Assembly: GCA_004556165.1 (NCBI GenBank)
Contig: SFIR01000002.1
Location: forward strand, 2,118 to 66,117
DNA: 64,000 nucleotides
Direction: 5' to 3'
DNA from: Clostridiales bacterium
GTDB taxonomy: Bacteria; Bacillota; Clostridia; Christensenellales; CAG-138
Numbering within the stretch: the stretch's first letter is position 1; each line of letters opens with the position of its first letter. Shown here piece after piece: positions 16,978 through 25,948 of this stretch. Position numbers and translations under genes: made by a program. Below the pieces are notes generated by a model that saw only the letters and a list, made by a program, of their open reading frames with translations, ran no database searches and was not told where the DNA came from.

Positions 16978-18171
16978 TCAGTGGGTTTCGTTATACTTTT
17001 TGATTGCGATAGCGAGTACGTCCATAGCCCTTTCAAGGTCTTCCTGCTTGAGGACGTAAGCAATACGTACTTCGTTAAGACCGCGGCCGGGAGTTGCATA
17101 GAAGCCTTCGCCGGGAGCGAACATTACCGTATCGCCGTTATCGTCGAAATCGGTGAGCAACCACTTCTGGAAGGTGTCGGCATTGTCAACGGGGAGAGCT
17201 GCCATCATGTAGAATGCACCCTGGGGAGCGGAAGCGATGACGCCGGGGATTTGCATGAGCTTTGCATAGCAGGTATCCCTGCGGCGCTTATATTCCTCGC
17301 GGACTGCTTCGAAATACTCGGGACCGACGGAATAGAGCGCAGTGGATGCGACCTGATCGAGAGTTGCAACGGAAAGCCTTGCCTGGCAGAACTTCAAAAG
17401 CTGTTGCTGGAGAAGCTTGTTGCGGGTGATGATGGTGCCGATACGCGCGCCGCAGGCGGAGAAGCGCTTGGAAACGGAATCAATGATGATAGCATTTTCG
17501 TTGATATCTTCGAATGCGCCGATGGTTGCGAGCTTTTCACCGCCGTAAACAAACTCACGGTACACCTCATCGCCGATAACGTAGAGGTCATGCTCCTTTG
17601 CAAAATCTGCAATAATGCGGAGCTCTTCGGGAGTGAGGACGACGCCGGTGGGGTTGCCGGGATTGGTGAACATTATAGCACGGGTCTTATCGTTTACAAG
17701 AGCTTCGAGCTTCTCACGGACGGCATAACGATAGCCTTCCTCAGGCGTGGTGGTAAGGGGACGAATGACGCCGCCGGCTGACTTGACGAAGGTGTTGTAA
17801 TTGGGATAGAAGGGTTCGGGGATGATGATTTCATCACCGGGATCGAGAATGCTGAGCATGAGCATCTGCAGCGCTTCGCTACCGCCGGTGGTTATGAGGA
17901 TATCGCTCTCTTCGTAATGAATGCCGAGATTATCATAATAATGCTGAATCGCCTTGATCAGCTCGGGGATACCGGGGGAAGCGGCATATGCCAGAACGGG
18001 AAGCTCAAAATTTTTGACTGCGTCAAAATACGCGGTGGGTGTTGCAATATCGGGCTGACCGATATTAAGGGAATAAATCTTCTTTCCCTGCTGCTTCGCT
18101 GCAACAGAATAGGGGTAGAATTTACGCATCGGCGAGAGATTGCACGCCAGTGCCTTCTGAGAAACCTTCAT
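16978..18171 (-). CDS. PLP-dependent aminotransferase class I (aspartate aminotransferase-like)
   Basis: 'NIGQPD', 'NPGNPTG' and the PLP lysine motif 'DSVSKRFSACGARIG'. The ATG at 18171 lies 7 nt after GGAGG, so the listed 18240 start is probably too long. Confidence 0.9.
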   Translation of the reverse strand: MKVSQKALACNLSPMRKFYPYSVAAKQQGKKIYSLNIGQPDIATPTAYFDAVKNFELPVLAYAASPGIPELIKAIQHYYDNLGIHYEESDILITTGGSEALQMLMLSILDPGDEIIIPEPFYPNYNTFVKSAGGVIRPLTTTPEEGYRYAVREKLEALVNDKTRAIMFTNPGNPTGVVLTPEELRIIADFAKEHDLYVIGDEVYREFVYGGEKLATIGAFEDINENAIIIDSVSKRFSACGARIGTIITRNKLLQQQLLKFCQARLSVATLDQVASTALYSVGPEYFEAVREEYKRRRDTCYAKLMQIPGVIASAPQGAFYMMAALPVDNADTFQKWLLTDFDDNGDTVMFAPGEGFYATPGRGLNEVRIAYVLKQEDLERAMDVLAIAIKKYNETH

Positions 18172-18616
18172 AGTAATCCTCCGATTATTTTCAGTTTTAG
18201 CTCGTATTCTTGTGCTTATTATCCAATGAAGCACTTCCATATAAAACCAAATTATTCTAACATTAAACTATACGTTATTCAATCTTATTCAAGGAAAAAT
18301 ATAGATATATTGTCGCGTTGGGAGGCTTGTGGAGTACATATGTTCGGGGGAGTGCAGGGGTTATAAATAGGCTCGGCAATGAACGGCGAGGGATTTACGC
18401 CTCATCGAGATTACTAACATTGACATTAAGCTTTGAGAATCATGCTGATATAGAGTTTTTTTCTATCACTGCATGAACTTGTGTTCTATCGATCGGTACA
18501 TGGAAGGAATCTCATAATAATATATTGCAGGTCGGTCGTGATGCAATAAGCAATTTATGGTATCATAATAAGGATCTCGCTTCTACGGGAGCATCTGATT
18601 CAACAGGAGGTAAATT

Positions 18617-21007
18617 ATGAAGAGATTGATATGCATTATCGTTTCAATCGCAATGCTTGTTATGCTTATTCCGATAAGCGCAGAAGTTAATGTTGACCTT
18701 ATCAACACGGGCTCACTTGAAATTGACGATGACGGCAGCGACGGCTATTCCGGAGATTATGTTGTCATCTATAATCCCGGTGCATCTACGTCCGGTGCAA
18801 GCACGGGCAATATGACGGGACTTATCGAAACCCAGGTCGGGGATTCGTCCGTAAAAGGGGAAATTGATTCTGACCCGAGAGGCTACGTCATTGATGTTGA
18901 CGATATCATTGCCGAAGCGGATAAAGCTCTTGACCTTGCATCCGATGCCATAGGGGAGACCCTTTCCTTTGAGGTCGGCGACACCCACACCTTCAGCCTG
19001 TATTCAAGCTATTGTCCCTTGCCCAACTCAAGTGTTCAGTTTGAGGTGCTTGCAAAGGGTGAACACTGCTATATCTGGACTCCGACTTCTACTGCGGATA
19101 ACGTATATCCGCTTGATGAGATCGATGAAAGCTTCGCTCAGATCTGTGCGGACGAATTCGATTCGAAGTTTGACCTTATGCAGTCGTCCTTCGGCAACCA
19201 TACCAACGGCAGTCAGGGCGACGGCAGGCTGAATATTCTTTACTATAATATTGATGACGGCTGGACTCCCGGAAACGGCTATGTTGCCGGTTTCTTCTCC
19301 GCCTCGGATATTTATTCCAACGGCATGCCGATACTGAATATTGATACATATCCCGGAGTTTATTATGTGACTACCGGCAACGAGGTCATTATTGATATCG
19401 AAGATACCTACGGCACCATGGTGCATGAGTATCAGCATCTCATCAATTATTCCGTAGGCAGCTATAATATTGATACATGGCTCAATGAGTGCATGAGCGC
19501 AGCAGCCGAGGAGATTTGCTATCCCGGCAGCAGCGTATCGTACCGCATTCAGTCGTGGCAGAACTACAAGTTCAGCGTAAATCAGGATTGGCTCAATCCT
19601 CCGGCGGAGTATGAGTACCAGCCCTCATGGTCGCTGCACAATGGGTATTCGATGTATGATTGGAGCAATTACCTTGAAATGTCGGACCGGCTTGCACTCT
19701 ATGCGCAGGTTTCGCTCTATGCACAGTACATCTATTCTCAATACGGCAATTCAACCTTCAGGACTTTGCTTGAAAGCATGGCAGGCGGACGTTCCTTTAC
19801 GAGTGCATTCGAACAGACAACGGGCCAATCCGCATCCGATTTTACTAAGAATTTCAGGATTGCACTGACTGCCAATGACCCGAATTACGAAGACGGCATC
19901 TATGGCTTCAGGCTTCAGGAGGGATATGATCCCGAAGAGTATTACGGAGTTGAGAATATATATAACTGGCTTTCTCCCGTCGTATTCACGGGCAGCAGCT
20001 GTTCTGTAAAAGGCGGCGGCGCAATAACGGTTAAGCCCGTAGGCGGAGTCTATTACCCGCCCACCGGTGCTTCTTCTTCGCTCAGGTATTACGGCATTAC
20101 CCTTGATGCGGAGGAACCCGAACCCGTAGCTCTTACGGGAATAAGCCTGAATCCTGCTATTGCAGAGGTATATGCGGGAGGTTCCGTCAGAATAAGTGCT
20201 GTCCGCGAACCTGAGAACGCTAATAATTACGAGCTCACTTGGGAGAGCAGCAATACCTCCGTTGCTACCGTCAGCGGAAGCAAAAAGGCTGCAACCGTCA
20301 CCGGCGTAAGCGCAGGAACTGCAACTATCAGCGTTACTGCGCATGATCTCTTGAATGATCTGTATTATTACGCTTCCGCAGTTGTGACCGTTAAACCGAT
20401 GCCGACTCTGAATGAAGCACTGAATATTCAGAATGGCACTCTGGAATTCACCTCCACGGGCGCATATCCATGGAACGTTGTTATCTCGGGCGAACGGGCA
20501 TATGCAAAGAGCACAAATGAGGAAGTAAGCAGTTCGACTTCCGTGGTTTCGCTCACTGTTAATATGAATGCAGGCGATACGATGAGCTTTGACTGGTTCG
20601 TCAGCAGTGAGTCAAATTATGATAAGCTTATCTTTAAGGTGAACGGCAGCGAGCAGGAGTCCATTTCCGGTCAGGTGGATTGGACGACGGTTTCATACAC
20701 TGCCGCAACAACACGAAGCTATACATTTACTTGGACTTATTCCAAGGATGGCAGCGTAAACAGCAATTCAGACTGCGGCGGACTTGATAACGTTTATGTT
20801 CCCGGATATGAGGGTATGCCGTATCAGAAGGGCGACGTGGATATGAACGGCGTAGTCGATTCGATCGACGTTGTGCTGATTATCCGCTTCACTCTCGGGC
20901 TTGTGCCGCTTAACCAAACTCAGCAGTACCTTGCAGATATGGATGACAGCGGCGCCGTTGATAATATCGACGCGGTACTGGCACTCCGCTGCGTACTCAA
21001 TCCCTGA
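18617..21007 (+). CDS. secreted HExxH zinc metallopeptidase with Big_2 Ig-like domain and C-terminal type I dockerin
   Basis: Signal peptide 'MKRLICIIVSIAMLVMLIPISAEV'. 'MVHEYQHLINY' contains HExxH. Big_2-like 'TWESSNTSVATVSG...GTATISVTA'. The dockerin has duplicated 'DVDMNGVVDSIDV' / 'DMDDSGAVDNIDA' Ca-binding loops. Confidence 0.8.
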   Translation: MKRLICIIVSIAMLVMLIPISAEVNVDLINTGSLEIDDDGSDGYSGDYVVIYNPGASTSGASTGNMTGLIETQVGDSSVKGEIDSDPRGYVIDVDDIIAEADKALDLASDAIGETLSFEVGDTHTFSLYSSYCPLPNSSVQFEVLAKGEHCYIWTPTSTADNVYPLDEIDESFAQICADEFDSKFDLMQSSFGNHTNGSQGDGRLNILYYNIDDGWTPGNGYVAGFFSASDIYSNGMPILNIDTYPGVYYVTTGNEVIIDIEDTYGTMVHEYQHLINYSVGSYNIDTWLNECMSAAAEEICYPGSSVSYRIQSWQNYKFSVNQDWLNPPAEYEYQPSWSLHNGYSMYDWSNYLEMSDRLALYAQVSLYAQYIYSQYGNSTFRTLLESMAGGRSFTSAFEQTTGQSASDFTKNFRIALTANDPNYEDGIYGFRLQEGYDPEEYYGVENIYNWLSPVVFTGSSCSVKGGGAITVKPVGGVYYPPTGASSSLRYYGITLDAEEPEPVALTGISLNPAIAEVYAGGSVRISAVREPENANNYELTWESSNTSVATVSGSKKAATVTGVSAGTATISVTAHDLLNDLYYYASAVVTVKPMPTLNEALNIQNGTLEFTSTGAYPWNVVISGERAYAKSTNEEVSSSTSVVSLTVNMNAGDTMSFDWFVSSESNYDKLIFKVNGSEQESISGQVDWTTVSYTAATTRSYTFTWTYSKDGSVNSNSDCGGLDNVYVPGYEGMPYQKGDVDMNGVVDSIDVVLIIRFTLGLVPLNQTQQYLADMDDSGAVDNIDAVLALRCVLNP

Positions 21008-21065
21008 CGCAAACAAATACGGGACGGATGAATTCATCCGCCCCGGAAATATTATCATGCATTCA

Positions 21066-21093
21066 GCACCCGGTTTCCCGGGTGCATTTTGTG
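21066..21093 (+). terminator. rho-independent terminator after the peptidase gene
   Basis: GCACCCGG-TTTC-CCGGGTGC followed by ATTTTGTGTT. Confidence 0.6.
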
Positions 21094-21744
21094 TTATTTA
21101 TCGTCAATGATCTTATTGATGGCTCCGCTTTCGGCGACAACAAGGATATGATCGTTGTGGTTAAAGACATATCCGGGGCCTGCCATTACGACCTTGCCGT
21201 CTGGAGACTTAACGGCAACAACGTTGATCCCATAGCGCTTGCGCACATCAATTTCAAGGATGCTCTTGCCGTTCCATTTACTCGGCGCAGATATTTCATA
21301 CATTGAGCAGTCGCCGGAGATATTAAAATAATCAAAGATGGAATCGCTGCTTGCGGTGATAGCAAGCCTTCTGGACAGATCCTTCTCGGGGAAAATTATT
21401 CGGTCAGCTCCGTTCTTCCTAAGGAATTTTGCCTGAACCTCGGTTGAAGCAACGGCAATGACCTTAGGACAGTTAAGCTCCTTCAAAAGGTCAACTATCT
21501 GTAAGCTGTCCTGAAAATCCTCCGGAAGGCAAACGATCGCGGCATCGAAGGCTTCGACACCGAAGGTTGCAAGTACATTCCGCTTGGTGCAGTCTCCAAT
21601 ACGGGAAGCGGAGGCATACTCCAATAGGTCGGACATCTTTTCTTCGCTTTCGTCCGCGATAAGGACATCGCAGCCGATCGAGTATAAATCTTTGCACAGA
21701 AAATGACCGAATTTTCCTGCACCTATAACTAAAAATGATTTCAT
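21094..21744 (-). CDS. trkA: Trk/Ktr potassium uptake system NAD-binding subunit
   Basis: 'FLVIGAGKFGHFLCKDL' Rossmann RCK_N motif plus an RCK_C domain. It lies downstream of trkH. Confidence 0.9.
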   Translation of the reverse strand: MKSFLVIGAGKFGHFLCKDLYSIGCDVLIADESEEKMSDLLEYASASRIGDCTKRNVLATFGVEAFDAAIVCLPEDFQDSLQIVDLLKELNCPKVIAVASTEVQAKFLRKNGADRIIFPEKDLSRRLAITASSDSIFDYFNISGDCSMYEISAPSKWNGKSILEIDVRKRYGINVVAVKSPDGKVVMAGPGYVFNHNDHILVVAESGAINKIIDDK

Positions 21745-21785
21745 TGTCCTATTGCCTTACGAATAAAATCGTCCTTTCTTTAGTC

Positions 21786-23156
21786 TTATCCTATGGTGAT
21801 CTTTTCGACCGGAGGCATAACGGGCGGTGGAGCTTTGCGCTCGGCGAGCGCACCGGCAAAGCTCAGACTTCCGACTCTGCCGCAGTACATGAGGAAAATG
21901 ATTGTTATGCGTGATACTGTTGACAGGCTCCTTGTTATGCCCGTGGACATGCCGACGGTCGCAACGGCGGAGGTGGTTTCAAATATGACGTCGGCGACCG
22001 GCAAGGCGTCCGCTGCGCATATGATTACGGAAGAAACAAGCAGCAATGAGAGATTGGTTACGAATACAGCGGTAGCCTTTTCGAGCATATCGGCACCGAT
22101 GCGCCTTCCGAACATACCGAAGCTGTTGTTCTTTCGGATGTATGAAAATCCGAAGAGCAAAAGGGTAATGAAGGTCGTGGTCTTTATGCCGCCTGCGGTT
22201 GAACCGGGACTGCCTCCGATGAACATCAGAACGGTAGTGAGTATCTTTCCGGCAGGGGAGAGCGAGGCAGTGTCAACGGTATTGAATCCTGCTGTCCTTG
22301 CGGTTACGGAACCGAATAATGATGCAAGAATCCTTTCACCGATGCCAAAACCCGAATTAGAATAATCCTTTTCGGTGAAAAACAGAATAACGGCACCGCC
22401 GAATACAAGGATTGCAGAAATGAAAAGCACTATCTTGCTGTGCAGGCGGTATTTCCGAAGCTTAATTCCGTAGTTCAGTACATCATCCCAAACGAGGAAG
22501 CCAAGTCCGCCGATGATGATGAGGCACATGATAACGATATTGACGAGCACATCGCCGACGAAAGGCGTAAGCGAGGAAAACGCTCCGTACGAACCGAAAA
22601 GATCAAAGCCTGCATTGCAGAACGCAGATACGGAATGGAAAATCCCATAGAATATGCCTTTAGCAGGCCCAAAGAGCTTGCAGAATCTTATGGATAACAG
22701 CGCCGCTCCCGTTCCCTCGATGACAGCGGTAACGGCTATGATGCGCTTCGCCAGCTGAAGTATGCCTCCGATCTCCGGAGTATTGATGCTCTCAGAAAGC
22801 ACCTGACGCTCCCTAAGCCCCAGTTTTTTCTTAATAAGAATAAAGAAGAAGGTTGCGATCGTCATAAAGCCGAGGCCGCCGATCTGTATCATAACAAGGA
22901 TGACGCATTGGCCGAATAAAGACCAATTCTGATATGTGTCAACAGTGACGAGCCCCGTGACGCAGGATGCGGATGTTGCTGTGAACAGGCAATCGAGGAA
23001 AGGAGTTACCTGCCGGCTTCGTGAAGAAATAGGGAGCGACAGCAGCAGAGCCCCGATAATAATTATAAGAAAAAAGCCCAAGGAAATAATCTGAGTCTGG
23101 CTCATTCCCTTTTTTCGATGCCTTACCTTATGATCATTTCTCTGAACTGTTTTCAT
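21786..23156 (-). CDS. trkH: TrkH/KtrB family potassium transporter
   Basis: 456 aa polytopic protein with repeated selectivity-filter-like motifs 'TATSASCVTGL', 'SAFCNAGF', 'TARTAGFN' and 'VATVGMSTG'. Confidence 0.9.
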   Translation of the reverse strand: MKTVQRNDHKVRHRKKGMSQTQIISLGFFLIIIIGALLLSLPISSRSRQVTPFLDCLFTATSASCVTGLVTVDTYQNWSLFGQCVILVMIQIGGLGFMTIATFFFILIKKKLGLRERQVLSESINTPEIGGILQLAKRIIAVTAVIEGTGAALLSIRFCKLFGPAKGIFYGIFHSVSAFCNAGFDLFGSYGAFSSLTPFVGDVLVNIVIMCLIIIGGLGFLVWDDVLNYGIKLRKYRLHSKIVLFISAILVFGGAVILFFTEKDYSNSGFGIGERILASLFGSVTARTAGFNTVDTASLSPAGKILTTVLMFIGGSPGSTAGGIKTTTFITLLLFGFSYIRKNNSFGMFGRRIGADMLEKATAVFVTNLSLLLVSSVIICAADALPVADVIFETTSAVATVGMSTGITRSLSTVSRITIIFLMYCGRVGSLSFAGALAERKAPPPVMPPVEKITIG

Positions 23157-23161
23157 AGCAT

Positions 23162-23728
23162 TCAGTACTGTGCTCTTTCACCGCCGATGAGCTTCGGACG
23201 GGTGCGAGCCATAGTGATGTTAGCACAGCCAATGGAGGTGTGCTCATTGTGGACGGGGACGCAGACGGGGCGCATATGCATTCCGATGAATACACCGCCT
23301 ATGTCGATGCCTGCACGAGCACGCATCTTTATATCTTCAACGACAACGGGGTCGGTGAACTGTGCCATAGCCTGCACGCTCCATGCTCCGCCCGCATGCA
23401 GGACGGGACGCACGGAAACCTGAGTAAAATCGTATTTTTCCATGCATTCGCGTTCAACAACAAGTGCGCGGTTAAGATGCTCACAGCATTGACATGCAAG
23501 GAACAGTCCTCTTTCACGAACTACCGGAAGCACGGCTTCCATAATCGCTTTTGCAACATCCTCTGTCGAATGTGAACCCATGTGATAGCCCATGACCTTG
23601 CTGGTGCTGCAGCCGACCACAATAATATCTGCCGGGTTGAGTTTATAGTACCCTTCGCTGCAATTCAGAAGCAGCTCATCAAGCACTTCTCGGGTCTGAT
23701 TTTTAATATCTTCAATGGTGAATTCCAT
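23162..23728 (-). CDS. TIGR01440 (UPF0340/DUF436) family protein
   Basis: 'IIVVGCSTSKVMGYHMGS' and 'LACQCCEHLNRALVVERE' family motifs. The ATG at 23728 lies after AGGAAG. Confidence 0.8.
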   Translation of the reverse strand: MEFTIEDIKNQTREVLDELLLNCSEGYYKLNPADIIVVGCSTSKVMGYHMGSHSTEDVAKAIMEAVLPVVRERGLFLACQCCEHLNRALVVERECMEKYDFTQVSVRPVLHAGGAWSVQAMAQFTDPVVVEDIKMRARAGIDIGGVFIGMHMRPVCVPVHNEHTSIGCANITMARTRPKLIGGERAQY

Positions 23729-23805
23729 AATATCGCTTCCTGTTCTGAATAAATTCGATGGATCTATTATAGTATAGTATCGGCGCAAATTCAAGCGTGA
23801 ATTAA

Positions 23806-24681
23806 TCAATCGTCAATTTCCTTAAAACCTTCGCCATATGCGGTATCCACAGAGGAAACGATAACGAAGGCCTTTGAATCTGCTTTATATGCAATGCGCT
23901 TGATCTTGAATACCTCTGCTTTTGAGCATGCACACATCAGTATCTTCTTTGCGTTGCCGGTATAGGCTCCCACTCCGTTAGCTATGGTAACGCCTCTTTC
24001 AATCTCATCTCCGACAGCTTTTGCAATATCCTTTCCTTTTTCGGAAATGACAACAACAAGCTTGCTTGAATTGAAGCCGTACATGAGCTTGTCGATAATA
24101 ATGCTGTAGATGATAGTCATAATGAAACCGTAGAGCGTTGCGTTGATATTTTTGTAAACGAAAGCACCGAGCACGATGATAATGCCGTCAACAGCCATAG
24201 ATATATTGCCGATTGTGAGATGGGGATGTTTCTTCCGTATAGCCATAATGACAAAATCAGAGCCGCCGGTTGAGGAATCGCGCATATAGATGAATACGAG
24301 CCCGGCGCCTGCAAGAATGCCGCCGAAGATGGCCGCAAGCATGGGATCTCCGGCGTATTTCGGCACAAGAGGCACCAAGTAGTCGGTGATCGGCCATGAT
24401 ATTAGAATGGTTTTAACAGAACGCATGAAAAAACGCCTGCCGAGGGTCTTGTAGGTCAGAAGAATAATCGGGATATTTATCAACACGGTTGCAAGACCGA
24501 TGGGAAGTACTCCTTTTGTGATGAAGTTCAGCAGAATGGAAATACCCGAAACTCCGCCGGGGGCGAAGTTCGAGGCGGAAGCAAAGGTGACCATACCGAT
24601 GCCGTACAGAATGCTGCCTAAAATATCGTAAACGATATCGACAAGGAAAGTTTTAACCTGTGTAGCAGTGGGTTTTTTCAT
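23806..24681 (-). CDS. YitT family membrane protein (DUF2179 C-terminal domain)
   Basis: 291 aa with multiple TM segments and a C-terminal soluble domain, 'VVISEKGKDIAKAV...RGVTIANGVGAYTG...'. Confidence 0.85.
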   Translation of the reverse strand: MKKPTATQVKTFLVDIVYDILGSILYGIGMVTFASASNFAPGGVSGISILLNFITKGVLPIGLATVLINIPIILLTYKTLGRRFFMRSVKTILISWPITDYLVPLVPKYAGDPMLAAIFGGILAGAGLVFIYMRDSSTGGSDFVIMAIRKKHPHLTIGNISMAVDGIIIVLGAFVYKNINATLYGFIMTIIYSIIIDKLMYGFNSSKLVVVISEKGKDIAKAVGDEIERGVTIANGVGAYTGNAKKILMCACSKAEVFKIKRIAYKADSKAFVIVSSVDTAYGEGFKEIDD

Positions 24682-24881
24682 AGGTAATCTCCTTTATAAA
24701 CGGTAAAATCATTTTGTCCGAACAGCAATCATAGCATTGCATTCAGGGCATTACAACCCCTTTTCAAAAATATAATCCTTATGCGAATAATTGACGGAAC
24801 GGCATATAGCTCCCTTGACAAATACAGTATTCTGCGTAAAATATCCTATAAATACACGGAGGCAGAGAAAGGAAACGCAAC

Positions 24882-25841
24882 ATGAATATATTGGTTGCAA
24901 TGCCTACATACGAAGAACATGAAATAAGACTGAAAAAAGCCTGCCCGGAGGCTGCTTTTACATTCTTGCACGGAAACAGACCGGAAAGAGAACAGCTTGA
25001 GAATGCGGAGATTATCATCGGAAACATTCCATCAGGCGACCTTCAATACTGCAGGAACCTCAAATTTCTTCAGCTCAGCATGGCAGGCTCGGATACCTTT
25101 GCAGGAAAGGTTCCTGAGAATGTTCTGCTCGCAAATTCGAGCGGTGCATACGGTCTTGCGATAAGCGAGCACATGCTCGGAATGCTGCTCATGCTTACAA
25201 AAAAGCTGTATCTGTATCGCGATAATCAAAATGGAGCCGTCTGGCATGATGAAGGGAATGTGACAAGCATTTTCGGTTCAAGAGTACTGACGGTAGGTCT
25301 CGGCGATATAGGCGGTGAATTCGCCAAAAGATGTAAGGGCCTCGGAGCATACAATATAGGCATCAGAAGGACAATGCGATCCTGCCCTGAATTCATGGAC
25401 GAAATGCACACGCTCGACGAGCTTGATTCGCTGCTTCCGAGTGCTGATGTGGTCGCACTTGCGCTGCCTAACAGCGAAGCAAGCCGGCATCTCATGAATG
25501 AAGCAAGGCTGCGCAGCATGAAAAGAGGAGCAATCCTGCTGAATGTCGGCAGAGGTTCTGCTGTTGATACAGATGCACTCGTGAAGGTTTTGAATGAAGG
25601 GCTTATTATGGCCGGCATTGACGTAACCGATCCGGAACCGCTGCCCAAGGAACATCCTCTTTGGCATTGCCCTGGAATAATCATTACTCCGCATATTTCA
25701 GGCTATTATCATCTTCGTCATACGCAGGATACGATAATTGAAATTGCCGCCTGCAATATCGAAAACTATATGAACGGAAGACCGATAGGGAATCTCGTGG
25801 ACCGCATTACCGGATACAGAGCCGTGGAAAACAGATATTGA
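24882..25841 (+). CDS. D-isomer-specific 2-hydroxyacid dehydrogenase family protein
   Basis: 'VLTVGLGDIGGEFAKR' NAD-binding motif, 'LLNVGRGSAVD' and 'ITPHISG'. Confidence 0.85.
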   Translation: MNILVAMPTYEEHEIRLKKACPEAAFTFLHGNRPEREQLENAEIIIGNIPSGDLQYCRNLKFLQLSMAGSDTFAGKVPENVLLANSSGAYGLAISEHMLGMLLMLTKKLYLYRDNQNGAVWHDEGNVTSIFGSRVLTVGLGDIGGEFAKRCKGLGAYNIGIRRTMRSCPEFMDEMHTLDELDSLLPSADVVALALPNSEASRHLMNEARLRSMKRGAILLNVGRGSAVDTDALVKVLNEGLIMAGIDVTDPEPLPKEHPLWHCPGIIITPHISGYYHLRHTQDTIIEIAACNIENYMNGRPIGNLVDRITGYRAVENRY

Positions 25842-25948
25842 ATACTGCATTTTGCTAATGACGGCCGCTTTTTTGCGAAGCAATTAAGCATGTTGTAAAT
25901 AAAGCTAAAATGTGCTATAATAAATAAGATAATAATTCGGAGGACACT

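Noticed and set aside
16969-17781. A 270-aa plus-strand ORF inside the aminotransferase gene.
   Set aside because: It is antisense to a well-supported PLP aminotransferase and has no motifs or ribosome-binding site. It is a shadow ORF.
21021-21045. A 16-nt perfect palindrome CGGATGAATTCATCCG after the peptidase gene.
   Set aside because: It is probably just an auxiliary stem upstream of the real terminator (21066-21093). It has no U-run and is not repeated elsewhere in the window.
24682-24881. A possible c-di-AMP (ydaO/kimA-type) riboswitch upstream of the yitT-TIGR01440-trkH-trkA operon.
   Set aside because: K+ transporter operons often carry such a riboswitch, so I looked for the conserved pseudo-symmetric ACGGGG/CCCGA-type elements in the 200-nt leader. 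I could not find them, and the region is also shared with the divergent dehydrogenase promoter. An Infernal scan with RF00379 would settle the question.
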